Assembly: GCA_965220965.1 (NCBI GenBank)
Contig: OZ244852.1
Location: 1,216,001 to 1,280,000 of the forward strand
Source of the DNA: Candidatus Marinacidobacterium sp.
GTDB lineage: Bacteria; Acidobacteriota; Vicinamibacteria; Marinacidobacterales; Marinacidobacteraceae
Length of the DNA stretch: 64,000 nucleotides
Direction: 5' to 3'
The position numbers and the translations under genes are program-made. Below the pieces are notes generated by a model that searched no databases, was not told where the DNA came from, and was given only the letters and a program-made list of their open reading frames with translations. Each line of letters opens with the position of its first letter. Position 1 is the stretch's first letter. This document shows, piece by piece, positions 44,008-54,185 of the stretch.

Positions 44008-44785
44008 GGAATCGCGGCGGGCGCTTCTCGAGGAACGCGGCCAGGCCCTCCCGCATGTCTTCGGTGCCGGCGAGCGAGGCGAAGAGCGAGGCCTCGAGCG
44101 CCAGACCGCGCTCCATGTCGCCCCCCGACCCGCGGATCGCGGCGAGGGCGTGGCGGACCGCGACCGGCCCGTTCGCGTAGACCCGGTCGACGAGCGCGAA
44201 CGCCGCCTCGACCGGGTCATCATGGACCTTATCCACCAGCCGGAAGTGGTGCGCCAGCGCCGCGGTCACCGGCTCGCCGGTCAGGACCATGCGGATGGCC
44301 TCCGACCGGCCGACGAGTCGGGGGAGACGCTGCGTTCCGCCGTACCCGGGGATGACCCCGAGCCGGACCTCGGGAAGGCCCAGCCGCGCCCTGGGGCTCG
44401 CGATCCGGATGTGGCAGGCGAGGGCCAGCTCGAGGCCGCCGCCGAGCGCAAAGCCGTTCACCGCGGCGATGACCGGACGCGAGGAGGCCTCGATCCGGGA
44501 GAACAGCGCCTGGCCCCGGCGGGAGACCGCGAGCGCGCGCTCGGGAGTGAGCCCCTGGAGTTCGGTGATGTCGGCCCCCGCGACGAAGGCCCGGTCGCCC
44601 GCCCCGGTGATGACGACGGCTGCGAGTTCCTCGTCGCCCTCCAGCTCGCGGAAGGCGTCCTCGAGCTGGTCCAGCGTGGCCCGGTTCAGCGCGTTCAGGG
44701 CCTTCGGCCGATCCACCGTGACGAGCGCCGCCGGATGGCCGGCCGGGGTCTTCCGCCGGTCGACGCGGACCGTGGTCGCGCTCAC
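43997..44785 (-). CDS. Enoyl-CoA hydratase / crotonase
   Basis: RPKALNALN, AFVAGADI, AVNGFALGGGLELALAC, PEVRLGVIPGYGGTQRL. Confidence 0.92.
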   Translation of the reverse strand: MSATTVRVDRRKTPAGHPAALVTVDRPKALNALNRATLDQLEDAFRELEGDEELAAVVITGAGDRAFVAGADITELQGLTPERALAVSRRGQALFSRIEASSRPVIAAVNGFALGGGLELALACHIRIASPRARLGLPEVRLGVIPGYGGTQRLPRLVGRSEAIRMVLTGEPVTAALAHHFRLVDKVHDDPVEAAFALVDRVYANGPVAVRHALAAIRGSGGDMERGLALEASLFASLAGTEDMREGLAAFLEKRPPRFRGR

Positions 44786-44816
44786 GACTCTCTTGCGGGA
44801 AGCGGGGATCGCCGCC

Positions 44817-46019
44817 TCACGCCGACTCGACGACCATCGCGATCCCCTGCCCGCCTCCGATGCACGCGGTCGCCAGACCGAAGCGGCTTCCGCTCCGGCG
44901 CAGCTCGAGCAGGAGGGTCAGCAGCAGCCGGGTCCCGGTGGCGCCGAGCGGATGCCCGAGCGCGATGGCGCCGCCGTTCACGTTGACGCGGTCGCGGTCG
45001 AGCCCCAGCTCGCGCTCCACCGCCAGGTACTGCGGCGCGAAGGCCTCGTTGACCTCGATGCGGTCCATGTCTTCGAGGCGGAGCCCGGCGGCCTGAAGAG
45101 CGGCGCGGCTCGCCGGGACCGGGCCCAGGCCCATCGACTCGGGAGGGACGCCGGCGGTCGCCCAGGAGACGACCCGTCCGAGCGCCTCGGCCCCGCCGGC
45201 GGCCTCCTTCGTCGCGAGCACCAGCGCGGCGGCGCCGTCCACGATGCCGCTCGCGTTCCCGGCGGTGACCAGGCCGTCCTTCCGGAAGGAGGGGCGGAGG
45301 CTGCGGAGCCCCTCGAGCGTCGTCTCCGGCCGCCGGTGGCCGTCCTCGGCGACAACGGTTTCGCCCTTGCGCGTCTTCAGCGTGACCGGGACGATTTCCT
45401 CGGCGTGGACGCCGGCGCGGAAGGCCCGGTCGGCGGTCTGCTGACTGCGGAACGCGAACTCGTCGCACTCGTCCCGCGTCACGCCGGTCTGCGCCGCCAC
45501 GTTCTCGGCGGTGTCCGACATCGTCATCCCGCAGCGGTTGTCGGTGAGGGCCGCCACCAGGCTGTCCTCGAGCGCGCCGTGCCCGAGCCGGAGCCCGGTT
45601 CGGGCCCTGCGGATCACGAAGGGCGCCTGGCTCATCGACTCCATGCCGCCGGCGAGCACCAGCCCGGCCTCGCCGGCGAGCATCAGGTGGGCGCCCGAGA
45701 TCACCGACTGGATCCCCGAGCCGCAGAGGCGGTTCACCGTCAGCGCGGGAACCGGATCCGGCGCGCCGGCGCCGAGCCCGACGTGCCGCGCGCCGTAGAT
45801 CCCGTCCGCGCTCGTCTGCTGGGCGTTGCCGAAGACCACGTGGTCGACGCGGTCCGGCGCCACCTCCGCGCGCGCCAGCGCGCCACGGGCGGCTTCCACC
45901 CCGAGCTCGACCGCCGTCCGTTCCGCAAACGGCCCGAGGAACTTCCCCATCGGGGTCCGCGCTCCCGCCAGGACCAGGATGTCCGTCGCCGGCGCACAGG
46001 CGTTGTTTCCGGAGGCCAC
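44817..46019 (-). CDS. Acetyl-CoA C-acyltransferase (thiolase)
   Basis: [51 protein letters not shown]; GTG start at 46019. Confidence 0.93.
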   Translation of the reverse strand: MASGNNACAPATDILVLAGARTPMGKFLGPFAERTAVELGVEAARGALARAEVAPDRVDHVVFGNAQQTSADGIYGARHVGLGAGAPDPVPALTVNRLCGSGIQSVISGAHLMLAGEAGLVLAGGMESMSQAPFVIRRARTGLRLGHGALEDSLVAALTDNRCGMTMSDTAENVAAQTGVTRDECDEFAFRSQQTADRAFRAGVHAEEIVPVTLKTRKGETVVAEDGHRRPETTLEGLRSLRPSFRKDGLVTAGNASGIVDGAAALVLATKEAAGGAEALGRVVSWATAGVPPESMGLGPVPASRAALQAAGLRLEDMDRIEVNEAFAPQYLAVERELGLDRDRVNVNGGAIALGHPLGATGTRLLLTLLLELRRSGSRFGLATACIGGGQGIAMVVESA

Positions 46020-46088
46020 GGCGGGCGGAAGGCTATCGCGGCAAGGCCGGGCCGCCCGGCCGCCGGTCGGGTGACTATGCTCTTCGCC

Positions 46089-46520
46089 GTGAACGACCCG
46101 GGCGCGGCCGCCAGCAGCCCGGACGCGCGCCGGAAGACCGGCGAGCGGGATCCGGTGGCCCCCTGCGCGCTGGGGCTGCTCGTCCCCGGGCTCGGGCACG
46201 CGCTCCTCGGGAGGCGGGGGACCGGGGCGGTCTTCTTCGCCTCGATCAGCCTCCTGTTCGGCTTCGGGATCGCGATGGAGGGCGAGCTGTTCCCGCTGGA
46301 GCCCGCGGCGCCGCTGACCCTGCTCGCCGGTCTCGCCGAGATGGGCTCGGGAGGGCTCTACGTGGCGGCGCGCCTCCTCGGCCTCGGCGAGGGGGTCCCG
46401 GCCGCGCCCACCTACGAATACGGTTACGCCTACCTGATCGTCGCCGGACTGCTGAACGCGCTCGTCGTGCTCGACGCCTGGGACATCGCGACCGGACAGA
46501 AGGGCGCCGCTTCCTCGTGA
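46089..46520 (+). CDS. Membrane protein (DUF6677-like)
   Basis: LLVPGLGH..LGRR, EYG.AYL.VAGLLN.LVVLDA.DIA; family assignment is from memory; start GTG 46089 or ATG 46077. Confidence 0.7.
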   Translation: MNDPGAAASSPDARRKTGERDPVAPCALGLLVPGLGHALLGRRGTGAVFFASISLLFGFGIAMEGELFPLEPAAPLTLLAGLAEMGSGGLYVAARLLGLGEGVPAAPTYEYGYAYLIVAGLLNALVVLDAWDIATGQKGAASS

Positions 46521-46687
46521 GCCACTTCGAGGCGCTCACGCTGTTCGCGGCGCTGGTGTCCCCGGCGCTCGCCTGCCTGCTGCGCGAGGGGACGCGCCCC
46601 CGGGTCCGCTTCGCCCTGTGGTCCTTCGCGGCGTTCCTCGGTTTCGCGTTCGGGGTGGGCTGGCTCATGTACCTGCTGGGCGCCTGA
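46517..46687 (+). CDS. Small 56-aa two-helix membrane protein (missing from the ORF track)
   Basis: GTGA overlap with the upstream stop; MSHFEALTLFAALVSPALACLLREGTRPRVRFALWSFAAFLGFAFGVGWLMYLLGA; fills the gap before nupC. Confidence 0.7.
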   Translation: MSHFEALTLFAALVSPALACLLREGTRPRVRFALWSFAAFLGFAFGVGWLMYLLGA

Positions 46688-46715
46688 TCGCAGGCGGCGA
46701 GACTCCCCGACTCCC

Positions 46716-47921
46716 ATGGGCTCGGCGACGGCGATCCTCGGGATCCCTGTCCTGATCGGGATCGCCTGGGCCGCGTCCACCGACCGCCGGCGGTTCCCCT
46801 GGCGGGTCGTCGCGTGGTCGCTGGCGCTCCAGGTCGCGTTCGCGCTGCTGGTGCTGAAGACGACCGCGGGGGCGGCGGCGCTCGGCGCGGTCGCCGACGT
46901 GGTGGAGCTCGGGCTCCAGCAGGCGCGGGCGGGCATCGAGCTGCTGTTCGGCCCGCTGGCCGACGAGGAGCGCTTCGGCGTCATCCTCGCGATTTCGGCG
47001 CTCCCGGCGATCATCTACATCGCCTCGTTCTTCGGCGTCCTCTACTACCTGGGCATCCTGCAGCTCGCCGTCTTCGGGATGGCCAAGCTCATGGTCCGGA
47101 CCCTCGGGACGAGCGGCGCGGAAACGCTCGCGGCGGCGGCGAACGTGTTCATGGGTCAGACCGAGGCCCCGCTGGTGGTGGCGCCCTACCTCGAGCGCAT
47201 GACGAAGTCCGAGATCCACGCCGTCATGGTGTCGGGGATGGCGACGGTCTCGGGGGGCATGCTGGCGGCGTTCATCGCGCTGGGAGTCGACGGACGGCTG
47301 CTGCTCGCGGCGAGCGTGGTGAACGCCCCGGCGGCGCTCATGATGGCCAAGATCATCGCGCCCGAGACCGGCAAGCCGGTGACCGCGGGGCGGGTCCGCT
47401 ACGAGTTCGAACGGAAGGAAGTGAACCTGATCGAGGCGGCGGCCAACGGCGCCTCGGCGGGGATGCGGCTCGTGCTGAACGTGGCGGCGATGCTGATCGC
47501 GTTCCTCAGCCTGGTGGCGCTGGTGGACCTGCCGCTGGGCCTTCTCGGCCTGTCGCTCTCGCAGATCCTGGGATGGGTCTTCGCGCCGATCGCCTTCCTC
47601 ATCGGGGTTCCCGCCGGCGAGATCTCCACCGTCGCCTCGATGCTCGGCAAGAAGCTGATCCTGAACGAGTTCGTCGCGTTCCTCGATCTCGCCGCGCTGA
47701 AGGGGACCGGGGCGCTCTCCCCCCGGAGCGAGGTCATCGCGACCTTCGCCCTCTGCGGGTTCGCGAACCTGAGCTCGATCGGCATCCAGATCGGGGGCAT
47801 CGGGGCGCTGGCTCCCGGCCGCAAGAAGGATCTCGCGCGGCTCGGCATGCGGGCGCTTCTCGGCGGGACGCTCGCGACGCTCGTCACCGCGGCGATCGCC
47901 GGCATGCTGTCGGGCGCCTGA
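46716..47921 (+). CDS. nupC: NupC/CNT-family nucleoside transporter
   Basis: LP.IIY.AS, GTSGAE....ANVFMGQTEAPL, GMATVSG, K.ILNEFVAF, FALCGFANLSSIGIQIGGIG. Confidence 0.92.
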   Translation: MGSATAILGIPVLIGIAWAASTDRRRFPWRVVAWSLALQVAFALLVLKTTAGAAALGAVADVVELGLQQARAGIELLFGPLADEERFGVILAISALPAIIYIASFFGVLYYLGILQLAVFGMAKLMVRTLGTSGAETLAAAANVFMGQTEAPLVVAPYLERMTKSEIHAVMVSGMATVSGGMLAAFIALGVDGRLLLAASVVNAPAALMMAKIIAPETGKPVTAGRVRYEFERKEVNLIEAAANGASAGMRLVLNVAAMLIAFLSLVALVDLPLGLLGLSLSQILGWVFAPIAFLIGVPAGEISTVASMLGKKLILNEFVAFLDLAALKGTGALSPRSEVIATFALCGFANLSSIGIQIGGIGALAPGRKKDLARLGMRALLGGTLATLVTAAIAGMLSGA

Positions 47922-47922
47922 G

Positions 47923-48804
47923 ATGGACCCCGAAGTCCGCCGCGAGCTCGACCGAGCCGCCTCGGCGGTGCGCCGGGAGGTCGGCGCGGCGTTTCCGCAG
48001 GTGGGGCTGGTGCTCGGGTCCGGCCTCGCCGGCGCGGCGGACGCCCTCGGCGCCGCCCGGAGCCTGCCCTACGACCGGATCCCGGGTCTCGCGGACTGCA
48101 CCGCGCCCGGACACCGGAGCCGCCTGGTCGTGGGGGAGCTCGCCGCAGCCTCCGGGCCGGGCCTGCCGGTCGCGACGCTCTCGGGGCGGCATCACCTCTA
48201 CGAGGGACACAGCGCCGCGAGCGCGGCCTTCGGGGTGCGCCTGCTCGCCACGCTCGGGGTGCGGCGGCTCGTCCTGACCGCGGCCGTCGGAGCGATCCGC
48301 CCCGGGCTCGACGCCGGGGACTTCCTGCGCATCGAGGACCACCTCAACCTCACCGGAACGAGCCCGCTCGAGGGGCCGGAGCCGGGCCCGGAAGCCCGCT
48401 TTCCCGACATGTCCCGGGTCTGGGATCCGGCGCTGGGAGCGGCCCTCGACCGGGCGGCGGAGCGGGTGGGGATGAAGCTGCCCGCCGGGGTCTACGCCGG
48501 GGTCCGCGGCCCGCAGTTCGAGACGCCGGCCGAGATCCGGATGCTCGCCCGGATGGGCGCCGATGTCGTCGGCATGTCGGTCGTGATGGAGGCGATCGCC
48601 GCCCGGCACTGCGGCGTTCGGCTCGCCGGACTCGCGTTCGCCTCGAACCTCGCCGCCGGGATCAGCCCGGTCCCGCTCGACGCCGACCACGTCACCGAGG
48701 CCGCCAGGCGAGCCGTCCCCCGGCTGACCGCGCTCCTCGGCGCGGCGGCGGACGAGGCGGAGTTTCGCGGGGAGGACGCTCCCCCGACTCAGGTTGAGGC
48801 CTGA
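47923..48804 (+). CDS. punA: Purine-nucleoside phosphorylase (trimeric type)
   Basis: LVLGSGL, GRHHLYEGH, GPQFETPAEIR, GAD.VGMS.V.E. Confidence 0.88.
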   Translation: MDPEVRRELDRAASAVRREVGAAFPQVGLVLGSGLAGAADALGAARSLPYDRIPGLADCTAPGHRSRLVVGELAAASGPGLPVATLSGRHHLYEGHSAASAAFGVRLLATLGVRRLVLTAAVGAIRPGLDAGDFLRIEDHLNLTGTSPLEGPEPGPEARFPDMSRVWDPALGAALDRAAERVGMKLPAGVYAGVRGPQFETPAEIRMLARMGADVVGMSVVMEAIAARHCGVRLAGLAFASNLAAGISPVPLDADHVTEAARRAVPRLTALLGAAADEAEFRGEDAPPTQVEA

Positions 48805-49361
48805 GGCGACTCCAGCCAGCCCACGAACGGCAGGTGCCGGTAGCGTCCGGCGAAGTCGAGGCCGTATCCGACGACGAAGCGGTCCGGGATCACGAACCCG
48901 GTGAAGTCCGCCTCGATGGGGAGCCGCCGCCGGGCCGGCTTCGAGAGAAGCGCGGCGGAGCGCAGCGTGCGCGGCCGGTGCGGCGCAACCGCGCGCACCA
49001 GCGCGTCGAGCGCGATTCCGGTGTCCACGATGTCCTCCACGATGAGGACGTCGCGGTCCCGGAGGCTCTCGGCGTCGTAGAGGTGGACTTCGGGGGTTCC
49101 CGGCTCGGTCCCGTCCCGGTAGCTGACGATCCGGCAGAAGTCGACCGTGACCTCCATCCCCTCCCCCGCGAGGGCGCGGGCCAGATCGGCCGCGAACAGG
49201 AAGGCGCCCCGCAGGACGACCAGCAGGTGGAGGTCGGCGCCGCCTCCCGCCGCGTCGCGGCGCCCGGCGGCGATATCGCGGGCCAGCTCCCGCACCCGCC
49301 CGGCGATGGCGGACGCCGAGAGCAGTTCGGGCGGCGCCTGCCCGGAACCGGTCTTCGTCAC
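48789..49361 (-). CDS. hpt: Hypoxanthine phosphoribosyltransferase
   Basis: VLRGAF.FAADL, VLIVEDIVDTG, LLSKP.RR, IPDRFVVGYGLD. Confidence 0.92.
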   Translation of the reverse strand: MTKTGSGQAPPELLSASAIAGRVRELARDIAAGRRDAAGGGADLHLLVVLRGAFLFAADLARALAGEGMEVTVDFCRIVSYRDGTEPGTPEVHLYDAESLRDRDVLIVEDIVDTGIALDALVRAVAPHRPRTLRSAALLSKPARRRLPIEADFTGFVIPDRFVVGYGLDFAGRYRHLPFVGWLESPQAST

Positions 49362-49389
49362 AGGGAGGCGGTCCGGAAAGAGGACCGCG

Positions 49390-50337
49390 TCAGGGCGTCG
49401 GGAACAGGCCGAAGGTGACGATGATCACGCCGACGGCCTCGACCGGCTTCCCGTCCTTGAGCGCCGGCTTCCAGCGGTAGAGCGCCGCGTGTTGCCGCGC
49501 GGTCTCGACGCACGCCCGGCAGCCCGACTTGATGACGCCCAGCACCTCGGTGCTGCCGTCGAGCTTGACCAGAACCTGGAGCATCACGTCCCCGGTGATC
49601 CGCCGCCGGCGCGCCGACTCGGGGTACGGCGGCTCGTCGGGCTCGTAGACGAGCTCTGGCTCCACGTCGTAGCCGCCGGGGCTGTAGGCGCCGCCCCCGG
49701 AGCCGCCGCCATAACCGGGGCCCACGCCCCAGCCGCTGCCCTCTCCGGTCCCGATGCCTTCCCCGCCGCCGATGCCGCCGCCCTCGCCGGCGCTGGGGGC
49801 GGTGTCGCGTCCGCCGCGGTCCTCGAAGTCCGAGAGCGAGAGCCCGGGGAACTCCATCGCCTGCGGGGAGAACACGCTGCCGAGCAGCATGTCCGAGACG
49901 TCGGGCGAGTCCATGAGGTTGTCGAGGTCGTCGAACTTGAGGGGACGCGGTTTCCGGGGCGCGATCGGCGCCTCGCGGGGCTGCTCGGGCTCCGGGGCGG
50001 GCTGCGGCGCCTCTACCCGGACCGGGATGTAGGCGCTGATCCGGTCGCCGCGGCTACCGCCGCCCCCACCGCCGCCGCCGGCGCCCTCGCCTCCGGCGAT
50101 GCGGAAGTCGAAGCGCGGCAGCCCCGTCATGCTGCTGTCCGAGGAGTCCCGGAATGCGTTGAGGCCCGGGAGAATCAGGACGGCGCCCAGCGCCAGATGG
50201 AACCCGACCGAGACGAGCGCGGAGCGCCACTCCCCGTCGTGACCGGTGCGGCCCGATGCGACTCCCCCGGACGCCAGGCCGCTCAGCCGGTGCGCGGACC
50301 GCGACGCGGAGGCGTCCCGGCCTTGAGCGGTGTCCAT
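49390..50337 (-). CDS. tonB: TonB-family energy transducer
   Basis: N-terminal TM with S...H, Gly/Pro-rich linker, C-terminal P.YPE.AR...I.G.V...V..DG; GAGGAG SD. Confidence 0.8.
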   Translation of the reverse strand: MDTAQGRDASASRSAHRLSGLASGGVASGRTGHDGEWRSALVSVGFHLALGAVLILPGLNAFRDSSDSSMTGLPRFDFRIAGGEGAGGGGGGGGSRGDRISAYIPVRVEAPQPAPEPEQPREAPIAPRKPRPLKFDDLDNLMDSPDVSDMLLGSVFSPQAMEFPGLSLSDFEDRGGRDTAPSAGEGGGIGGGEGIGTGEGSGWGVGPGYGGGSGGGAYSPGGYDVEPELVYEPDEPPYPESARRRRITGDVMLQVLVKLDGSTEVLGVIKSGCRACVETARQHAALYRWKPALKDGKPVEAVGVIIVTFGLFPTP

Positions 50338-50371
50338 CACGAACTCCTCACCGCCTACCCCTGTGAGAATC

Positions 50372-51541
50372 CTAGCAGTCACTCGCGGACCCGCCCGCAG
50401 ACCGCAGAGGGGCCAAAACCTCGTCGGTGTGCTGTCCCTGCGTCGGGGGCGGGAGGTCGGCGGTGTGCGGCGTTCCCTCGAACTGGATCGGGTTGCCCAC
50501 GAGGCGCAGCTCCCCGACGGTCGGGTGTTCCCGCGAGACGACCATCTTCCGGGCCGCGAGCTGCGGGCTCGAGAGGATGTCGCTGACGGATCGGACGCGC
50601 CCCACCGGGATCCCGGCGTCGCCGAGGAGTTCCTCCCACGCGGCGACGGTCCGGTCGCGGAACCGGGGCTCGAGAAGCGCGCGCAGCTCGGCGCGGCGGC
50701 GCACGCGATCCGGGTTGACCCGGTACTCGGGCCGGTCCAGGTCGGGGGCGCACGCCTCGCAGAACCGCCGCCAGGCGGCGTCGTTTCCGACGCCCACGAT
50801 GACGTGCCCGTCGCTCGCCTCGAAGCTCTCGTAGGGGGTCAGCGAAGGGTGGCAGTTCCCGCTGCGGGCCGGGTCTTCGCCGGTCAGGAGCGTCCCCTGC
50901 GCCTGGTAGGTGAGCGTCGCCACCACCGAATCGAACAGCGCGATGTCCACCCGGCGCCCGCGTCCGGTGCGCTCCCGGTCGAAGAGCGCGGCGAGGATCC
51001 CGGAGGAAGCCATCATCCCGGCGGTGATGTCGGCGAGCGAGGCCCCCACCTTGGTGGGGGGACCTTCGGGAGGACCGGTGAGTCCCATCCAGCCGGCTTC
51101 GCCCTGCATGATGGCGTCGTAGCCGGGGAGCGAGGCCAGCGGGCCGTACTGCCCGTAGGCCGACACCGAGCACCAGATCATGCGGGGGCGCCGCTCGAGG
51201 ACCTTCTCGGCGGGAAACCCGAGCCGCGCGAGGGTTCCCGGGCGGAAGTTCTCGACGAGGACATCGGCCCGGTCGATGAGGAGCTCCAGGTCCGCGCGGC
51301 CGCGTTCGGTCTTGAGATCGATCGTGACGCTCTTCTTGCCCCGGTTCACCGCGAGGAAGTAGGCGCTCTCTCCCCCGGCGAACGGGGGGCCCCAGCTCCG
51401 GGTGTCGTCTCCGCTCGGCGGCTCCACCTTGACGACCTCGGCGCCGAGGTCGGCCAGCATCATCGTGGCGTACGGCCCGGCGAGAACCCGCGAGAGATCC
51501 ACCACCCGCACTCCGGCGAGCGGCGCGCCGGCAGAGGTCAA
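50372..51541 (-). CDS. CaiB/BaiF-family (class III) CoA transferase
   Basis: PLAGVRVVDLSRVLAGPY, LADLGAEV.KVE, NRGKKS, ENFRPG, GYD; probable TTG start. Confidence 0.9.
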   Translation of the reverse strand: MTSAGAPLAGVRVVDLSRVLAGPYATMMLADLGAEVVKVEPPSGDDTRSWGPPFAGGESAYFLAVNRGKKSVTIDLKTERGRADLELLIDRADVLVENFRPGTLARLGFPAEKVLERRPRMIWCSVSAYGQYGPLASLPGYDAIMQGEAGWMGLTGPPEGPPTKVGASLADITAGMMASSGILAALFDRERTGRGRRVDIALFDSVVATLTYQAQGTLLTGEDPARSGNCHPSLTPYESFEASDGHVIVGVGNDAAWRRFCEACAPDLDRPEYRVNPDRVRRRAELRALLEPRFRDRTVAAWEELLGDAGIPVGRVRSVSDILSSPQLAARKMVVSREHPTVGELRLVGNPIQFEGTPHTADLPPPTQGQHTDEVLAPLRSAGGSASDC

Positions 51542-51555
51542 CCCCGCCGACGGAC

Positions 51556-52917
51556 TCAACGGAACGAGGCCTCGGCGGCGGAGAGCGCGCGGTCGAGGAG
51601 CCGCAGCGCCTCTCGGGCGTCGCCCTTGCTGATGTTGAGCGGCGGCGAGATCCGGACGCAGTTCCCGTAGAGCCCGCCCTTCCCGATCAGCAGGCCCTCG
51701 TCGCGGGCGCACTGGAGGAGCCGGGCGGTGAAGGCGGCGTCGGGGGCCTTGGTCCCCCGGTCCTCCACGAACTCGAGCGCGAGCATGAGGCCCTTGCCGC
51801 GGACATCGCCGATCCTCGGGTGGGACTCGGCGAGCTCCTCCAGCCCGTCCCGCAGGACGGCGCCCACCACCTGGGCGTTCTCCGCCAGGTTGTCGCGCTC
51901 GACGACGTCGATCACCGCGCGGGCGGCGGCCATGCTGACCGGGTTGCCGCCGAAGGTGGAGAGGGTGTTCCCGACGAGCGACTCCGCGATCTCGCTGCGC
52001 GCCACCGTCGCCGCGACCGGGACTCCGTTGCCGAGCCCCTTCGCGTAGGTGACGATGTCGGGCTCCACGTCCCAGTGGGAGATGCCGTTCCAGGCGCCCC
52101 CGGTGCGGCCGGCGCCGGTCTGGATCTCGTCGCAGATGAACACCCCGCCGTAACGGCGGACGATCTCCACCGCGACCTCGAAGTAGCCGGGGGGAGGGGT
52201 GATGAAGCCGCCCACGCCCTGGATGGGCTCGGCGATGAACCCCGCGATCCGGCCCGAGGTCGTCGTCTGGATCACGTCCTCGATGTCGCGGGCGCAGCGA
52301 AGGTCGCACGACGGGTATTCGAGGCCGAAGGGACACCGGTAGCAGTAGGCGTTCGCCACGTGGCGGATCCCGGCGGCGGCGCCGCCCCCGAGCCGCCACG
52401 GCGCCTGCCCGGTCGCGCCCATGGTGAGCCGGCTGCGGCCGCTGTAGCCGTGCCGCAGCGCGACGATCTCGCTGCGGCCGGTGTGGACTTCGGCCACTAG
52501 CAGCGCGAACTCGTTCGCCTCGGTCCCCGAGTTGGTGAAGAAGCTCCGGTCGCAGTCCCCGGGAGCGACGCGGGCCAGCCGCTCGGCGACCTCGACCATC
52601 GGCTGGTTCGGAAACAGCGTGGAGACGTGCTGGAGGGTGTCCACCTGCTCGCGGATCGCGTGGTTGACCTCCGGGTGGCAGTGCCCGAGGCCGACGGTCA
52701 GGATGCCGCCGAAGAAGTCGACGTAGCGGTTCCCGTCCGCATCCCACACGTGCTGGCCCTGGCCGCGCACGATCGGCATGGGCTCGTCATAGAAGGTCTG
52801 GACCGCCGGAAACACATGGCGGCGGTGCGCCTCCCGGATCGACTCGGTCGTTCGGGAAGCCCGACAGGCGGGTGGGGTTTCGTCGGCCGCGGCCGGCTCG
52901 CTGAGCTTCGCTGACAT
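51556..52917 (-). CDS. Class III PLP aminotransferase (AGXT2 / omega-amino acid type)
   Basis: WD.DGNRYVDF.GG, FFTNSGTEANE, AEPIQGVGG, DEIQTG.GRTG, AKGLGNG, TFGGNP. Confidence 0.9.
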   Translation of the reverse strand: MSAKLSEPAAADETPPACRASRTTESIREAHRRHVFPAVQTFYDEPMPIVRGQGQHVWDADGNRYVDFFGGILTVGLGHCHPEVNHAIREQVDTLQHVSTLFPNQPMVEVAERLARVAPGDCDRSFFTNSGTEANEFALLVAEVHTGRSEIVALRHGYSGRSRLTMGATGQAPWRLGGGAAAGIRHVANAYCYRCPFGLEYPSCDLRCARDIEDVIQTTTSGRIAGFIAEPIQGVGGFITPPPGYFEVAVEIVRRYGGVFICDEIQTGAGRTGGAWNGISHWDVEPDIVTYAKGLGNGVPVAATVARSEIAESLVGNTLSTFGGNPVSMAAARAVIDVVERDNLAENAQVVGAVLRDGLEELAESHPRIGDVRGKGLMLALEFVEDRGTKAPDAAFTARLLQCARDEGLLIGKGGLYGNCVRISPPLNISKGDAREALRLLDRALSAAEASFR

Positions 52918-52980
52918 GGCGGGATTGTCGCACGCGAACGGGCTCTTCGAACCGGGAGCGGGCGCCCGCGCGCCCACCGG

Positions 52981-54168
52981 TCAGGAAGCGGCGAAGAAGC
53001 GCTGGAGCCGGGCGAGCCCCTCGTCGATCTGGTCGTCGGAGGTGGCGAAGCTCATCCGGAGGTGGGTGTCGTGGCCGAAGGCGACGCCGGGCACGGTGGC
53101 GACCCGCTCCTGCTCGAGCAGCGCCGAGGCGAGCGCGCCGGACCCCTGCCCCGGCCGGAGCCGGTCGGCGAAGTTGGGGAACAGGTAGAAGCCCCCATCC
53201 GGGGTCGCGCAACGGACCCCCGGGATCTTCAGCAGGCCCTCGCGCATCCGCACCGAGCGCCGGGCGAACTCCCGGACCATCCAGGCGAAGTCGGCCGGAT
53301 CCGCCTCGAGCGCGGCGAGCGCCGCCTTCTGCGAGACCGAGCTGGCGTTGGAAGTCATCTGGCTCTGAAGCGCGGCCGCGCCCCGGATGAGCTCCTCGGG
53401 TCCGATGGCCCAGCCCACCCGCCAGCCGGTCATGGCCCAGGTCTTGGAGACGCTCCCGGCGATGAGGAAACGCGGCCCCAGAATCTCCTGCATCCGCCGG
53501 TAGGCGCCCTCCGGAGAGGGCTCGAACGTGAGCCGGGCGTAGGTGTCGTCCCAGAGCAGGAAGGCGCCGCAGCTCTCGGCGAGCGCCGCCATGTCCTCGA
53601 GTTCCCCGGGGTCGAGGACGACGCCCGACGGGTTCCCGGGGATGTTCAGGATGATGACCCGGGTCCGGTCGGTGACCCGGGGCGCCACCACCGCCCGCGT
53701 GGGACGGAACGCGGAGGCCTCGTCCGCGGGCGCCAGCACCGGCTCGGCGCCGGCGATGCGGACCTGTTCGGGGAACGTGGGCCAGAACGGCGTGGGGATG
53801 ACGACCTCGTCGCCCGGTTCGCAGGTGGCGAGCAGAATCCCGGTGAGCGCGTGCTTGCCTCCCGAGGTGACCAGGACGTTCGGCGCCGAGAAATCGAGCC
53901 CGAAGTCCCGCCGGTAGGCGGCCGCGACCGCCGCGCGCACGTCGGGGGCGCCCGGATTCGGGGTGTAGCGGGTGTAGCCGGACCGGATGGCCTCGATCCC
54001 GGCCTCGCGCGCCACGTCCGGGGTGTCGAAGTCCGGCTGTCCGGCGGAGAAGTCGACCACGTCCTCGCCGGTCGCCTTGAGGCGCATCGCTTCCGCCATG
54101 ACCGCCATCGTGGGCGACGGGGCGATGGCGCGCACCCGGGCCGCCAGCCGCAGGTTCGAACCGGACAT
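52981..54168 (-). CDS. aspC: Class I/II PLP aminotransferase (aspartate aminotransferase-like)
   Basis: AGQPDFDTP, VTSGGK, NPSG, DD.Y, SKTWAMTGWRVG. Confidence 0.85.
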   Translation of the reverse strand: MSGSNLRLAARVRAIAPSPTMAVMAEAMRLKATGEDVVDFSAGQPDFDTPDVAREAGIEAIRSGYTRYTPNPGAPDVRAAVAAAYRRDFGLDFSAPNVLVTSGGKHALTGILLATCEPGDEVVIPTPFWPTFPEQVRIAGAEPVLAPADEASAFRPTRAVVAPRVTDRTRVIILNIPGNPSGVVLDPGELEDMAALAESCGAFLLWDDTYARLTFEPSPEGAYRRMQEILGPRFLIAGSVSKTWAMTGWRVGWAIGPEELIRGAAALQSQMTSNASSVSQKAALAALEADPADFAWMVREFARRSVRMREGLLKIPGVRCATPDGGFYLFPNFADRLRPGQGSGALASALLEQERVATVPGVAFGHDTHLRMSFATSDDQIDEGLARLQRFFAAS

Positions 54169-54185
54169 TCGCGTGGCTCCCCGGA

